Shown: in pieces, positions 1-12,800 of the stretch | How positions within the stretch are numbered: the stretch's first letter is position 1 | Layout: every line of letters starts with the position of its first letter | Source: Phallusia mammillata | Lineage: Eukaryota | Assembly (NCBI GenBank): GCA_965637545.1 | Contig: OZ281497.1 | Location: forward strand, 18,538,001-18,602,000 | DNA length: 64,000 bases | Reading direction: 5' to 3' | Translations under genes and position numbers: made by a program | Notes under the pieces: generated by a model | Databases searched by the model: none | The model's input: only the letters and a program-made list of their open reading frames with translations | Told to the model about the DNA's origin: nothing

Positions 1-71
1 CCACTTACTCCCAAGTTCGAATGCGTAGTCACAACAAAACTTTTATTAGTATTTGTTTTGCTTTTTCACAG

Positions 72-1191
72 ATACGTTCTTACATCCTCGGGGCTCTCCG
101 GGATCATTTCTTCCGCCTCTGGCACAACTAATAAGGTCACATTGGTCCAGGAGGCCGGACCCACAGTGTCTCCACAAATGTCCAGAGGCAGCAAACCACG
201 ACCGATCCCACTCGTATTTTCGCCCAGCGCACGAAAACCCGTTACCATGGCGACGTCTGGCTCGGTGCGGGCTCCCTCCTCAACAATGCGGGTCGTGTCA
301 CGTGACGTTTCGAAGCAGCCGACTTCTACCCAGTCATCAACACCGCTCGTTGATTTGATGCTGGGAAGCGCTGCAAGCTCGTTGGCGAAGTCATCGAAAG
401 TTGGAGTTAAAGTTAGTTGAAAGAATTTCGTGCTTTTCAGTATTTTCCATTTCAAACATCTATTCGTAACCGCTAGTTGTATGAAAAACCAGTGCCACAG
501 TATCTAATCAGAGAAAGCGCTGTTTTCAAATCTACAAAACATCGTAAAATGTAAAAGCCAAATTTCAGTTACAGCGTGAGAATCTTTTCTCTCATTTATT
601 TTGGAAATACCATCTCAAAGGTTAAGGCAATAATATAAAACGGAGCAACTAATCTGTGACGTCAAGTGCATGTAATGTCACAATATTCGAAAATTTTCCT
701 GTTTCATAACACTTGACATTTGCTAATTTCTTCCATGCCTAAAAACTATATTTTTACAGATACCACCAGGGAGCCAGGTTCCAGGGCGATCGGCAGTCAT
801 CAAACTGGACGGAGTTTCGACGCGGAAGGAAATGCAGACCGTCACAATATCGAGGCCAATCGCAAAACCCCTACAACATGGCGAGGGTGGGCCTGTGGTG
901 TTTTTACCTGACAACGCGTTGCAAAAGAAGACACAAATTGTCCGGAGTGGGGCTACCGGGGTCTCGACTGGGACCAAGTTTCTGAGCATTGCTCGACCCC
1001 GCGCGGTGTCCACTGGCGCACCTGACGCGAAAAACGCCGCACCCGTGGCGCGTACAAAATCAGATGGGGTCGTTGAAAACCAGTTGGGCTCTGGAGTACG
1101 GATGCCAGCGCTTGTGCTTACGAAGCTCCAGGTCGACTCGCTGGAGTCTTCTACATCTCAAGCTGGAACGTCGAATCGCTCCGACAAATAA
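72..1191 (+). CDS. 3' end (last two exons, 72-411 and 760-1191) of an unidentified gene; S/T/P/K-rich, probably disordered C-terminus
   Basis: Strong acceptor ttttgctttttcacAG at 70-71, open frame YVLTSSGLSG...GVK, donor GTTAGT at 412. Acceptor tttttacAG at 758-759 joins in phase 0 to IPPGSQVPG...MQTVTISRP...SDK* (760 is in frame with ORF 832-1191). AATAAA at 1233. Confidence 0.7.
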
Positions 1192-3173
1192 ACTAGTGTC
1201 GATTTACTGCCGTAACGCTGTCGTTCGTTTCGAATAAACCTTTGTATTGTTGTCGGCGCATATCAATTTGAGTGTCGTTTGCAAGACTTTTACGACCATC
1301 AAAGTGTCACCATGTTGGCGCTCGCGGCAAGGTTGAACGTTTCTTTGTGTCACTTACGACCGGACGCCTCGTGCCATTCTGGTCAGGGCGAGCTCCTGTC
1401 GACCCATGTCAATGCACGCGTCAGTCACACGCTCGTTATGCTGCCTTGAATCTCCCCTCGCTGCCCCTGTCATTCGATGAGCGTAAAATTGAGATGTCAC
1501 CTGGTGTGTGTCTGCCCGAAGGGTCGAGCTGGGGCTTAAGCGGTGGTAGTGCCATTAGAGGCTGCGACGAATTCCGCGTCTTGTTTAGAAGCGAAACAGT
1601 GCATTGCGCAGCGCTGCTTTCGACCACCGAGCCGAGTTTGGGCGACACTCGGCAGAAATCAGCGGATGAGTAACAAAGCGTGGCCTTGTTGTTTCAAGGC
1701 AGGGGTAATTAAAAAAGCAGGCCAACTATGGCGGCTTAAAACTCAGTTCAGGTGTAAGTGCAGTGAACTTTAGTTCCCGCTACATAGAGTTTAGAATGTC
1801 TTCGGCATTTGAGTCTGTATGAAAGCTACCCGCAGTAACCAAACATGTTTTGAAGGAGCTACATTATATGCTCCGAAACCGTTTGTAACTCTATTATCGA
1901 CTTAGGGCTGCATGCATTCAATTTGGCCAGCCATGCGTACATAATGCGCTTAGCGACCCCGCCAGAAATCGGCGTTTCCCCTTGATTCGATACGAGCCGC
2001 CGGTCAATTCTATGCTTAGGTAATGTTAACTGCATTATAGATGCAATTACCGTCTTTATGCCCGCAAAGAGATATTTTCAAGACAGAATGGGACCACCCG
2101 CAGTGTCCAAACCAGCCCAAAAAATACAGACCCACTATACCGACATGAAATCTTGAGCCATCCACGGATGAAGCGCTTTTCCTCCCGTGGACATTTAAAT
2201 GAAGAATAACGCGCCCCACGGAGCCACTCAAGAAGGATTATCTCCAGTTTCCCACGCCAAGCTCCCATTTCCTTGTTTCAACATCTCACTTTTCCTTTGT
2301 TGTCTTTGATCTCTGTGCAGCAGTCGGCGTCTGAAACGTCCCGGGCCTGTTTAGCGACGTGTCTCCCGTTCACTAAAAGACAACTAAATCAGTCATCTTG
2401 CAAGTTTGCGACATAAAGCGTGCCGAGTTGTGTATATTCGCCTGAAATTAGATCCCCGCTATTTTGGGTCTCGCAACAGGCTGTGACTCGCACCTAAAGT
2501 TCGCGACACGCGACGAAACTTAAACTGTGAAGTTTGAACCGGGTTCCCAGCGATCGGAATGGTTTAAATTTGCATACAAATTACGTCTTCGCGTCCTTTT
2601 GATCTCTGCGTCTTTGATTCGGCGACTACTGGTAATTTGCGTTTCGCATTAGGCACGTTTATCGCGAATATGACGCAAGTAGCAGATTTTAAATCACAAG
2701 CTGAATCGGTGCAAAAATTCGCGTTTGCGAACAGTGGACGGTAGCGGTTTTTGCGCGCGCATTGTTTTTAAATGTGATTCACAAAAGAAACAAAAACATG
2801 ACGCATCTATGCTAAGCTGGCATTTGTCGTGGCGGTCGCCAAATCGCCGATTATATGTCGTGTAGAGCGGTCTTTTTTTGAGAGGTCGGCGACGTAATCG
2901 GATTGCGGAACGTAATCTTTCGCCCTTGTTTGTGACTCTGCATCAACAATCTCTATTCTGCGATGCTGCTCCTACTCGAAACGCCGGTGCGCAATGGTGG
3001 GCTGCACAGGAAAAAGGCCGTTAATCAGCGGGAAAAAATCAGCGTCTTGGAAAAAAACTACTTTGGGGAAATTTTTCAATACCCGTTTTTGCATTGGATA
3101 GACTAAAGCTAGGAATTGTGCCTGAGCAAAGCTTAAACGAATTCTCGAACAAGCAGCGGAATGACGCAGCATT

Positions 3174-3190
3174 GGTTCAGCGGGAGGTCA
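3174..3190 (+). promoter_or_regulatory. Perfect DR5 retinoic acid response element GGTTCA-gcggg-AGGTCA
   Basis: Exact RGKTCA-n5-RGKTCA ending 39 bp upstream of the TATA box of the CYP26 distal promoter. Confidence 0.85.
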
Positions 3191-3228
3191 ATTTGAAAAA
3201 ATGGAGGCTAGCATCTTTCGTCTCGCCT

Positions 3229-3263
3229 TATAAAGGCTGAGCTTAGGCGGTGGGAGCTCATTC
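3229..3263 (+). promoter_or_regulatory. CYP26 distal core promoter: TATAAAG (3229) and Inr TCATTC (+1 about 3260)
   Basis: TATA-to-Inr spacing of 31 nt. Followed by donor aag|GTATTC at 3364, defining a non-coding exon of about 3260-3363. Confidence 0.7.
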
Positions 3264-3837
3264 TGAGTGCTGCATTCTCGCCGGACATTCATCCTGACAA
3301 AGTCAAGAGAAGGAAGTTTTTGATCCATATTGTTGATTTTTCTGATATTCAAATCTTCTAAAGGTATTCCTACACTTTTTTAGGAAAGTCCGTTTTTTAA
3401 ATTATGTTTGTTCATTGCCAACTTACACCCATGTATTTTTCGTTAGTTCAAAAACATTTTTATGGGTTTTAAGTTATTTTAGAAATAATAAGTGTGATAG
3501 ATTTCTACTAAAAAAAAATCGGAAACTACCTCAACATTTTTGTGATAAGACATCATAGCGATATTACTAATATTAAAGAAAAATATTGCCAAATACATTT
3601 GTAAATAACAAAATTTTGTTTATATTTATTTTATCATGCAATTTTGTTAGCAACAACTTACCGAATGCTAATAATGCTTACAAAATCTATTGCTGCTTTG
3701 CAAAGATAATAATTTGAAAGGCTTGTTTATTTCTTTGTCCTACTATTGTTGCGTCATACGGATCATTTTCTTTATAGAACACTGGTTTTGCAATAAATCT
3801 TACTTTGAATCAATTATTTCCAGGTGTAAAGGCTGGA

Positions 3838-6800
3838 ATGAACAAATCTATTGTGCCAACATTGGTCTGTCCTAACTCGAAAAACATGATGTGTTATGTG
3901 AGTACAGTGATTAAATATCATTCTTTAACTTTGCCCCATGCATGAAATATTGGAGGTTTCAAATCCCATTAACTTTTACGACATATAACGTTTGGAATCT
4001 TATTATATCCGAGTCCCAATTAAACTAATGATATCCTTAAAACAGGCAATTTCGTGAAGGTTTACTGTTTGATATTGCAAATTTTCAATGATCTATAATT
4101 GTACTTATTGATCAATTTTGCTGTATCAATTTCGTGTAATAATTTTGATACCTTGATGTGTGTTTCCATTATCAATAAAGACTTTACTAAGGCATATAAA
4201 ATGAGGCTTTTAATCCGTTTTATTCTCCCAAAGCGATTTTGGTGAGGTGTTGTAAATTTTTGTGGCATTAAACCTTGTGCCTGGTTAGCTTTTCTGCAAA
4301 TAGTTAAACAAATGAGTGATTGCACAACTATGAGAAATAATTACACTTCAGTCCAGATTATTGCCTACGTAAAACGCAATTATATTTTGTCAAATTTGGG
4401 CATTGACGCGTCGAAGGCCTGTCGGTCGGTACTAAAATTTGAACAACAAACGACTCTTTCTTAACAAATTAAAAAGCAAACCATAACGCAGCTTTTAGGA
4501 AAAACAGACTCTCGGCTTTATCTTGAATCCGCTTTACTTTTTGGCGACAAGTAAATCATTTCAGCAAATAGAGATTATCCAGCGCATACACATCAATGTG
4601 GTTTTGTCAGACAGCTTCAATCTATACTAAAAGCAGTAACTGAGTCAGGATTTTTTATTTGCATTAGACAAATAAACGTATTCTGACCCAGTGATCTATC
4701 TCTTCAAGTTGCCATAAATTCTCTAAAAGTCATTTCGAAATAAAAATATCTCTCGATATTTTTAGTCGACGTAAAACCCGTTAGGTTTGTTTGGACCAAC
4801 CTATATTGATTAGGTCAAACGTTGCTTATAATGTTAAAACTGCGTAAGTTGGAAGGTCAAGTATTCTTACATCGGGCCAGCCTTTACAACTTAAACACCG
4901 CTTATTATAATAATCCATGCGTTCATGTTGGTGCAACCGAAAAGGCCTAAAATAAACTGGTAATACTAAGCGATTATCCTGATACAATCGTGGTGGTCAG
5001 AGCAATTCTCAGAAGTAGAAGTTTATGCAAACGCTGGAAATTCTTCACTTAATGCGGTAAAACAATGCAAGGACATCTATCATCGGAGCATTACCGACGA
5101 CTTTGTGGACAAGAACAGTGCGTGGCCGTTTGGCAAACAAACGCGGAAGCATTGAAAGCAGTTCTCTGTAGTACGTATCGGGTGAGGCGCGGCGACAGTA
5201 ACTTCCCAGTGCTGGCGGCAGCGATTAGTCACTTGCATGCCTTCTGTCTTGTGGAAGAAAGACAAGCGAAGTGTAGTTGTCAACGGGGCGACGAGGCCAC
5301 CCGCGCGCATGACAGCTCGATTGCCGCTTGCTGCTTCGCGGCGACGTGCGCTATTTAAGACCCCAGGCGCGCGCTGGGTTGTCGAGTTAACCCACCACGA
5401 CTTGTCTGGGAACCACCGGCCCTGCCAGACATGACACCCACTAAATGCAATAAAATCCGCCGAATTTGCACTGCTGCACTCCCGGGGACGGCATAATGAG
5501 TGTCCGATTCGTGTCACTCAATCGTGACTGCCCTGACCCTGTTCAGATCGGTGCCCAAGTTAGCGCATATAAACTGACATCCGCGGTCAAACGCCGAAAG
5601 CTGTCCAGGGTCTCTAAATTCCTTTCGAATAATCTCACCCCAGTGACTCTGGCGGTGATCATTTAGGATAATAACTCAAATACCAATGTCATTCCAAGCA
5701 TGGCCCTAATCGCACTTGACCGCAGGCGCGTTTTATCAATCGCTTGCTTTAGCTGGCACTTGTCTTGCCGCGTTACACCCTATCGGGGTATTCAATGGCA
5801 CTTCGTAGGTGTCAGTCAAAACCACACCCTTTGTTTTACTCGCTTGTCAAGGATGCTGCTTGGGCCATTTTCAACAACAGCAATAGGCTTTTCCACTAGA
5901 CTGGTGGAATGACGAAACTAGAGTGTAGATAGCTGTTGACCTTTGTGCCGCAAAATTGATGCATCGTGCTGAGAAGGCGCATTTATACGATTCAGAGCTA
6001 TAGCGTCACCATCGTATTTTGTGACATCCTATAGGAAAATATATTTTTAAAAAATGTTTTGGTTGGGAGAAACTGAGTTGGTTAAAAAATTACGCGATAG
6101 GCGTTTTGTACTATCTGCAAACAGCTGACAATTAAAAAAATGCGTTTGTGAGTGAATTTCTCAGTCGAGGTTTTCTCCGAGTTTTTATTTAGGTAATTAT
6201 TTCAAGCACATAGTGCAATTTTAAGAAAGAATATTTTCTCTTATGGTGTCGTGACCTCAAAAACGTGAATACGAAAACATGTGTATTTGGAAATGTGTTT
6301 ATAGTGGTTTTAAGTGCTTTCCTTTGTGAAACGCCTGGTTACGGCATAAATGGAAGCAATGGTTTACACCTGTAGTTTCATAGTGTGCGATTCTGCTAAA
6401 AAGTCTGTAAATATACATAATGTTTTATTAAGTTAACAGTGTATGCCCAGCAAAACTCCCGAGTATCTGTCATTGTTAGCCGGTCGGTCACGTGCGAGAA
6501 GTCGCTTTGCGTCACGGTGGTCCAGCACCCTTCTGAGTGAACTTTTGATGACCCCCTGTTACCGCTGAAGCTTGGTGCCCGGGTCGACGACATTCTGTGC
6601 ATGTCCGTCAATGCTGTTTCCGACTTGCATGGATGCAAACGGCATTTCTTAGCGGCAAGTCTGAACTTCGCGTGATCGTGATTGACGAGCTCCCTTGCCA
6701 GACGATCCTTTGTTGTTTTTTTGGGATGTGCTGATCCTAATCATCGTTCTCTCGCGATGCTCTGTCTTTTGCTGCTCGCCGGTTGCTTTTATCTTGGCCT

Positions 6801-9800
6801 CAAGTAGTAGCGTGGCTTCAAGTACCCACAATGTGATCAACACGCAACGGTGTTCTGCTGCAAACATCTGCTTTTCAGCAGTGAAAATACGTTGGTTTGG
6901 CTGTGAAACACCCCTTGTAAAAATCCGTTGTAAGGGAGCACAAAATAGGGAGGTAGGCGATCAAGCATTCAAGCAACAAGAAAATTCGGCGATGTCATTA
7001 CTTGTTTACACAAAAATAAAAACAAAAGATTAACTATTTTGCATATAAATCCGCCTGTTTGGATAACGCCCCTGACTCAGTCGTGACTTTTTATGCAATA
7101 AATAGCGTGCAGTGCGTATTATTTTGCCCCGGAAGTAACAACATCCAATAACATATTGCATGAGAATTTTTTTATCACATCTAGAGACTCTATCATTCGC
7201 AAATTAAACAATATTTCCGCTCATTTGCGCTGACTAAGCGTGTAAGATTGACGTCAACTCGTGATCGGGATTTTGTTGGTATGTTTTACGTTTCCGTCAC
7301 ATCACGATGCTTTATATAGATTGCGATGCAAATAATGTGGTCATATCGTTTTTGTAATCAAATGGAAGAATACCATTTTTCGCAATTTTACATGTTCTCT
7401 GGACAACGGGCTTATTTGGTAAATTCGTCACAGCCTTGTAATTCCATATCCCCCTTGATCAGAAACGTTTGAAGGAGATTTCAATCTTAATTCTTAAAAT
7501 ACGCTACATCAGTTCATTTCCGCGATTGTGTAGCAAATTGCTCTTCGAATCGAGTCCGATGATCTACTCTTCGAAGTGACCCCGGAACCATTCGAATTAT
7601 AATCAGCTCTTTGATTCGGCGCACTGCTCGCAGCAGAGCAATTCATGATTGGCCTTTTGCCTTCCACGCGTTTTCGGGCCAAAGTTTAGCGCCCGGCACC
7701 GAGGCAATACACTTGCGGCGCGACTTTCAATGCGCTGTGATAACACCGGCACTGATTTGTTGTAAGTGTGTATCAGTGTGACTTCATTTACTAGTTAATG
7801 GTAAACCCCAAAGCGACGTTGTTCAGGAAAACGAAAAGCGTTTTTCCAGTGGCAGTTTTTTTGTTAATTGCATGCGGTTGAAACGTCGGTGCGGTACAGT
7901 TTGAAGTTGAGCCCTAAAAAGTTAGATGCAGTTGGTTTAAGAATACACAGTTCACTGCAGAAGTCTCGTAGAGACCTCCAGGAACCGCGTTGAAGGTCGT
8001 TCAGTTTCTGATTATTCAAAGCGTCGGAATGCGACCGGGGGAACCGAGTCCCCAGACCGAAAACAACAACAGTTGAGACTTCGCACGCTATATTAGCTGT
8101 GTCGAGTGTCGTCGGTGTGCGCAACAGGCCTTCTTCCGGTAAGAACGTTTGACCCACTGTTGTTCTGGAGAGGGAAGAGGCAAAGGGTCGGGGAGCTCGC
8201 CCTCGTAAAGGCCTACACGACAAAGCAGCCTTTTAAGCTCTGCATGACCGTAACCGAACGGGGTTCAGACCGCGCTTGCTGTCCTCCAGGTGAACTTTCT
8301 GTAATGTTGACTATTTGAGTGTGTCTTTTCTTGACAGCGCCCGTGCGACTTTGCACGCAAGGGAGCGTGAGCCTAATTCGTATTCGACCGGGGTCGTGTC
8401 CTCTAAGGTGCTTTTTGCTGTGGCGTCGTGCTTGTTTGGGGGAGCCGAGGTCGTCCTCCAGCACCGTGCAAATGTAAATGCGAGCATCTCGAACGTTTGC
8501 CCTGTCAAAGAACCGAATTAGTGCCGCAAACTGTATAACTTCGGTTTTCTGGTAAACTCAACGCACTATGCATAGTGCTGAATCATGTTTGATTCGCGTG
8601 TTAGTAGGTTTGTGTATCGTGAACTTGTTGTGCGCATGATGTGGCTGCACATAAATGCAGATGATATTGTATGACGCAACCCAAGTGGCATGCAGTTTAT
8701 TTTTAGACTCGTGCTCTGACGGTCTTATTAAACCGTAATTGAAGAAATGTCGAGCTAATTGAGTCCAGTCAGCGTGCGACCAATGTCTATTGTGGTCTTA
8801 AGCAGCAAACCTCTACATTGTTTGGGTACTTAGCAACGGGGGGTCATTATAAGCCCAAGGTTTTGTTCGCGACTCGGCCGTACCAAAACACGCCTTTGCC
8901 TGATGTCGTGCAATCGTCAGGAGGCAAAAGTTCGCCCATGCACATCTAGGCGTGAAATTGCCCGACCGTCAATTATATCCCTCCGTATTATGACGAGCAG
9001 CAAATCTCTTTCCGCCCGCACTGTCTCAGGATGTCTTTCACATGACTAATGGGTTTCTACCGCGCTTTGTCCGCCCGGCTCTGTTGACGTCAGACTGTGT
9101 TGGGTTGCATCGCGGGTCTTTGTTGGCCAATTCTCGCCCCGCCGCGATTAGGTTACCCAAGCCTGATCGACTTTCGCGAATTCGTCCCAAATGTATAGAA
9201 CTGTGTCGCAGGTAACATGCAACAATGCGGACCACCAGAGGCCTGCGCGGACCGCCCGAGCTCTCGGCCAGGCACCCTTCCGCGTTCGAAGCTTTGTTGG
9301 GCGCGCTCGTGCCTGCTGTCTGATCAATCCTGATTCCGCGTCGCGGCAATACAAGCAAAGTCCCTTCCGATGGGCCACGATCTGATAGAATCGACTGCGC
9401 GCTGAAGTGACGAGTGAAAACATTGCCGGCTCATGTTTTCTTTATTGTGATCGTAACTGACGTTTCACGCGTTTCTGGGTTGATACGGATTGCTGCAAAC
9501 CAAGACAAACGAGGGTGGTCCGACAGCATTCTCTAACCTGCTTATTTCGAACTGGATTAACTACAAAGAAAACGTGTCCCATAATCCGATACATTCCGTT
9601 GGCGCTAAACCTCAACGCCTGGTAATCTTTGTGGATTATATAACTCTCTTGGGTCGAAATAGACCTTTTTTGGTCGTGCTACCTTATTTAAATCGATTAT
9701 TCTATTTGATGCGGCATCTAGTTTGTATCCAATAATCTGCGTTTCAGGAAGTGGTTAAGTGTTGTTGCTATATCTACAATAAACGAATTTTCATTCCGAG

Positions 9801-12800
9801 GAAAATTAATATTGCTATCTGTCATTGTTAGTCGGAAAGAAAACCAAAATTGTGAAGGTTATAAGGCCTATTAACAATTTCACCCGACCTTTGTGAAAGT
9901 GGACCCAATGAGATTGTTCAATCGCTCACGAACTCGTATAAAAACAACCCTCGTATCGACCAGGGCAGGCGCCATTTTGTAGAACGCCCGAACTCCCTGT
10001 ATCTCAACAGCCGCGCAGGTGACTGTAAGGCGATGGTGAACCAATGGGTATTTCACCTTCTACTTGGTTCGTTTACTCACGTTTTTGTGTCTTTTTTGCT
10101 TAACCGACTTCCCATAATACAGGCTCACGTTTCTCCATGCCCCTATCGCGTTATTCCTTCCGATTTCGGCGTGGCTTACTTGCCCTTTTCCTGCAGTCGT
10201 GTTTACGGTTAACAGTCGTGCGCCGACCGCAACAGCACGACGTGTTGCAGTGGTTTTGAGTGGAAACTGGAAAGCACAATGGAGTTTTTTAAGCTTGAGG
10301 TCAGTGAACGGTTTCGTATTGCAATAGATTTATACGAGTGGCCGGAGGTGCTGGTGGACGTAACATGAAAAACTGTTATTCCTCGGTAATCAGCTTATGG
10401 CACTGCGGATTACGGTGACGTGAAATGAAAATATACAAACCTTTCATTAACGTCCGCTAATGGGCGCATTGCATTGATTAGAGATTCATAAGCTGCCTTC
10501 ACCGAAACAACGCAGAATTCGCGTTTCAAAATCGCTTTTGGCAGCTGACACTTAGAAGCAGTAGAGTAAAGCTCGCGCGTAATTTGTCTTTGTTTGTGTC
10601 TTGTGTAAAAGTTCTGCGTAAACTCCCAGCAACAGTGGCGACCGCAAAGCTAATGACACTTGGCGATTTGGGCAGTCATCGTTTGTCGTTGTAAGATACA
10701 CGCGATGATCAAGGTTTGTCATTTTCAAGTGCCGTGGAATCGCGATACACACCCGCGTCGCAAACGGAATTACCCTGTTAAGTTGAGCAGGAGATCGAGC
10801 GTCCTTAAACCGCCGATTAAAGTCAGGCGACCCGCTTGTCCGGCAAACCCAATCTAGTTGGCGGATATATTCATTTTAAACGCGACTTAAAATAACCCGG
10901 GAAGTCTTATTAGCCACGTTTCACGGCGATTACGAGTTCTACGATCTGCGATTAATTGCCTTTCCCTCGATATTGCTTTGTCACGGTTTCCTTTCTGTGA
11001 CCTAAGGGTCGCGTGCTCCAATGAACGATAACAAAGTTGAAGAGGTCACTCAAATTATATTCGTGTACCGATATTGCAGCCTCGTCTGTAACCCTGTAGC
11101 CTTCAAGAGAGGTGGTGCCCTGTCTGTTATTTACCACTTATAGTTTGGTTCGTGTCGATTGAGATGCCGTTGCACGTGTTTGCATTTGTCACCGCGTCGC
11201 ATGCATTGCAGCGCAGCAGCGTCACCTGGTGTTTGTAATCGAGGTACAAAAGTCTTTACGTTCTTAAAATCTTTAAGTTGCATGGAAATTCCAATCCCAT
11301 TGTGGCACCATTGCCAGGGCAACAGGAATCGCATACAAGGTTCAGTCACATGCATCAATTGCGTGTCTGGTTAGTTTCGCGTGCCGATCGAGAGGTCAGG
11401 CGATGGTCAAGCCTTAATTTTCGGGCGTTGTTCTCTCCAGTCGCCCATTTGGACGAAATCATTAGCGGCGAACTGTTCTGTACCGAGCCACGAATATCGA
11501 TTACCTGTTAATTTCGGACAAACTCAAATAAAGCTTTACGCGGAAGACGGTGGCGTAACCTAATGCTGAATGCTCGAGGCCATTCGAATGACCTTGTCCG
11601 GGCCGTTTGGAGGTCATAACAATTTCTCTATAGCTCGTTAAAGTCTACGCAAAGCGGCGCGGATTCTTGGAAGTTTTTTTCCGCTATGGTAAAACTTGTG
11701 GTTTTCTGTGTACGTGACCTAGCTTAACTGCAGACAAACATGGATGTTAATGAGTGCATTAGGCGGGTCGATAAAATGACGTGATGGCCAAGAGGTCATC
11801 AAGTCCTCGCCACGTTTTTGTGCGCTCACGTCTGTTTTCATTTGGATTCGAAGAATGTGCCATAAATAAACATATATATTAAGGCAGCGATAATTGCTGA
11901 ACTTTTCTAAACTAAACTTGGACATTTATGTAATTACGGCGAGAATCGTGAACCTATTTTGGTGCTGTGCCAAAGCGCATTGAAATACATTAATTTTTGA
12001 AATAATGGCGTACAAACCGTTTCATTCACACGATGAATAAATGTTTGATTTGCCATTACAGTTTCTAAAACAAGCGCAGGTTTTTTGCTTTGACTAGAAA
12101 GCTCTTTGCACCAGCAACAGACGCCTCGTCTCTTCGAGAATGCCTGACATTTAAGGGGATTTCCCGTAACAGATGGCATTGTGAATTGCCATGCGCTGTT
12201 GTTTGTGTAGAGTGGAATGACGCACATAGTGTGTAGAAATACATTCCTGTAACTTAGAGTAAACTTTTATTTGATCAGTCCCAAGCTTGTAGCTATTTTT
12301 GTCAGTGTTTCAAACTTTTATTTAAGCTGCTAGGCTAATTTAAGCGCTCTCCGCTACAACTAATAGTTTGCACTCGCGTTTTTTCTGTTCCACTTGTCAA
12401 CAAGTTCACAAGGTCAAACTATAACTGCGCTCGTATACGGGAATTTACGATATGACGTCGGTCGCCACAAGCCAATAATTGATCTTGGTATGTGCGCGTG
12501 ACTATAGCAGTGGTTCCAACCTTTTTTGACGCGACCCAAATACTTACCAAAATGTTTTTTAGTGGTTTCTCGCGATCCATGGACATGCTATTTTAGTTGA
12601 ATTTTTGTCTGTAAATTCGGAAAGCTTTTTAAAAATTATTACGCAAGTTTAGCAAATCAATAACCTTATAACGAACAAATAGTGTTGTTGTTTTCGACCA
12701 AACATTTCCATTTAACCAGGACTTGAGCTGAATCGAAGAATTATTAGCCAGACAACGCTTAACTGTGAGCTAACAAATCACTTTATGACGTCACAAACAG

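Noticed and set aside
66-455. 129-aa minus-strand ORF
   Set aside because: Antisense to the plus-strand exon, which has strong splice signals and in-frame continuation.
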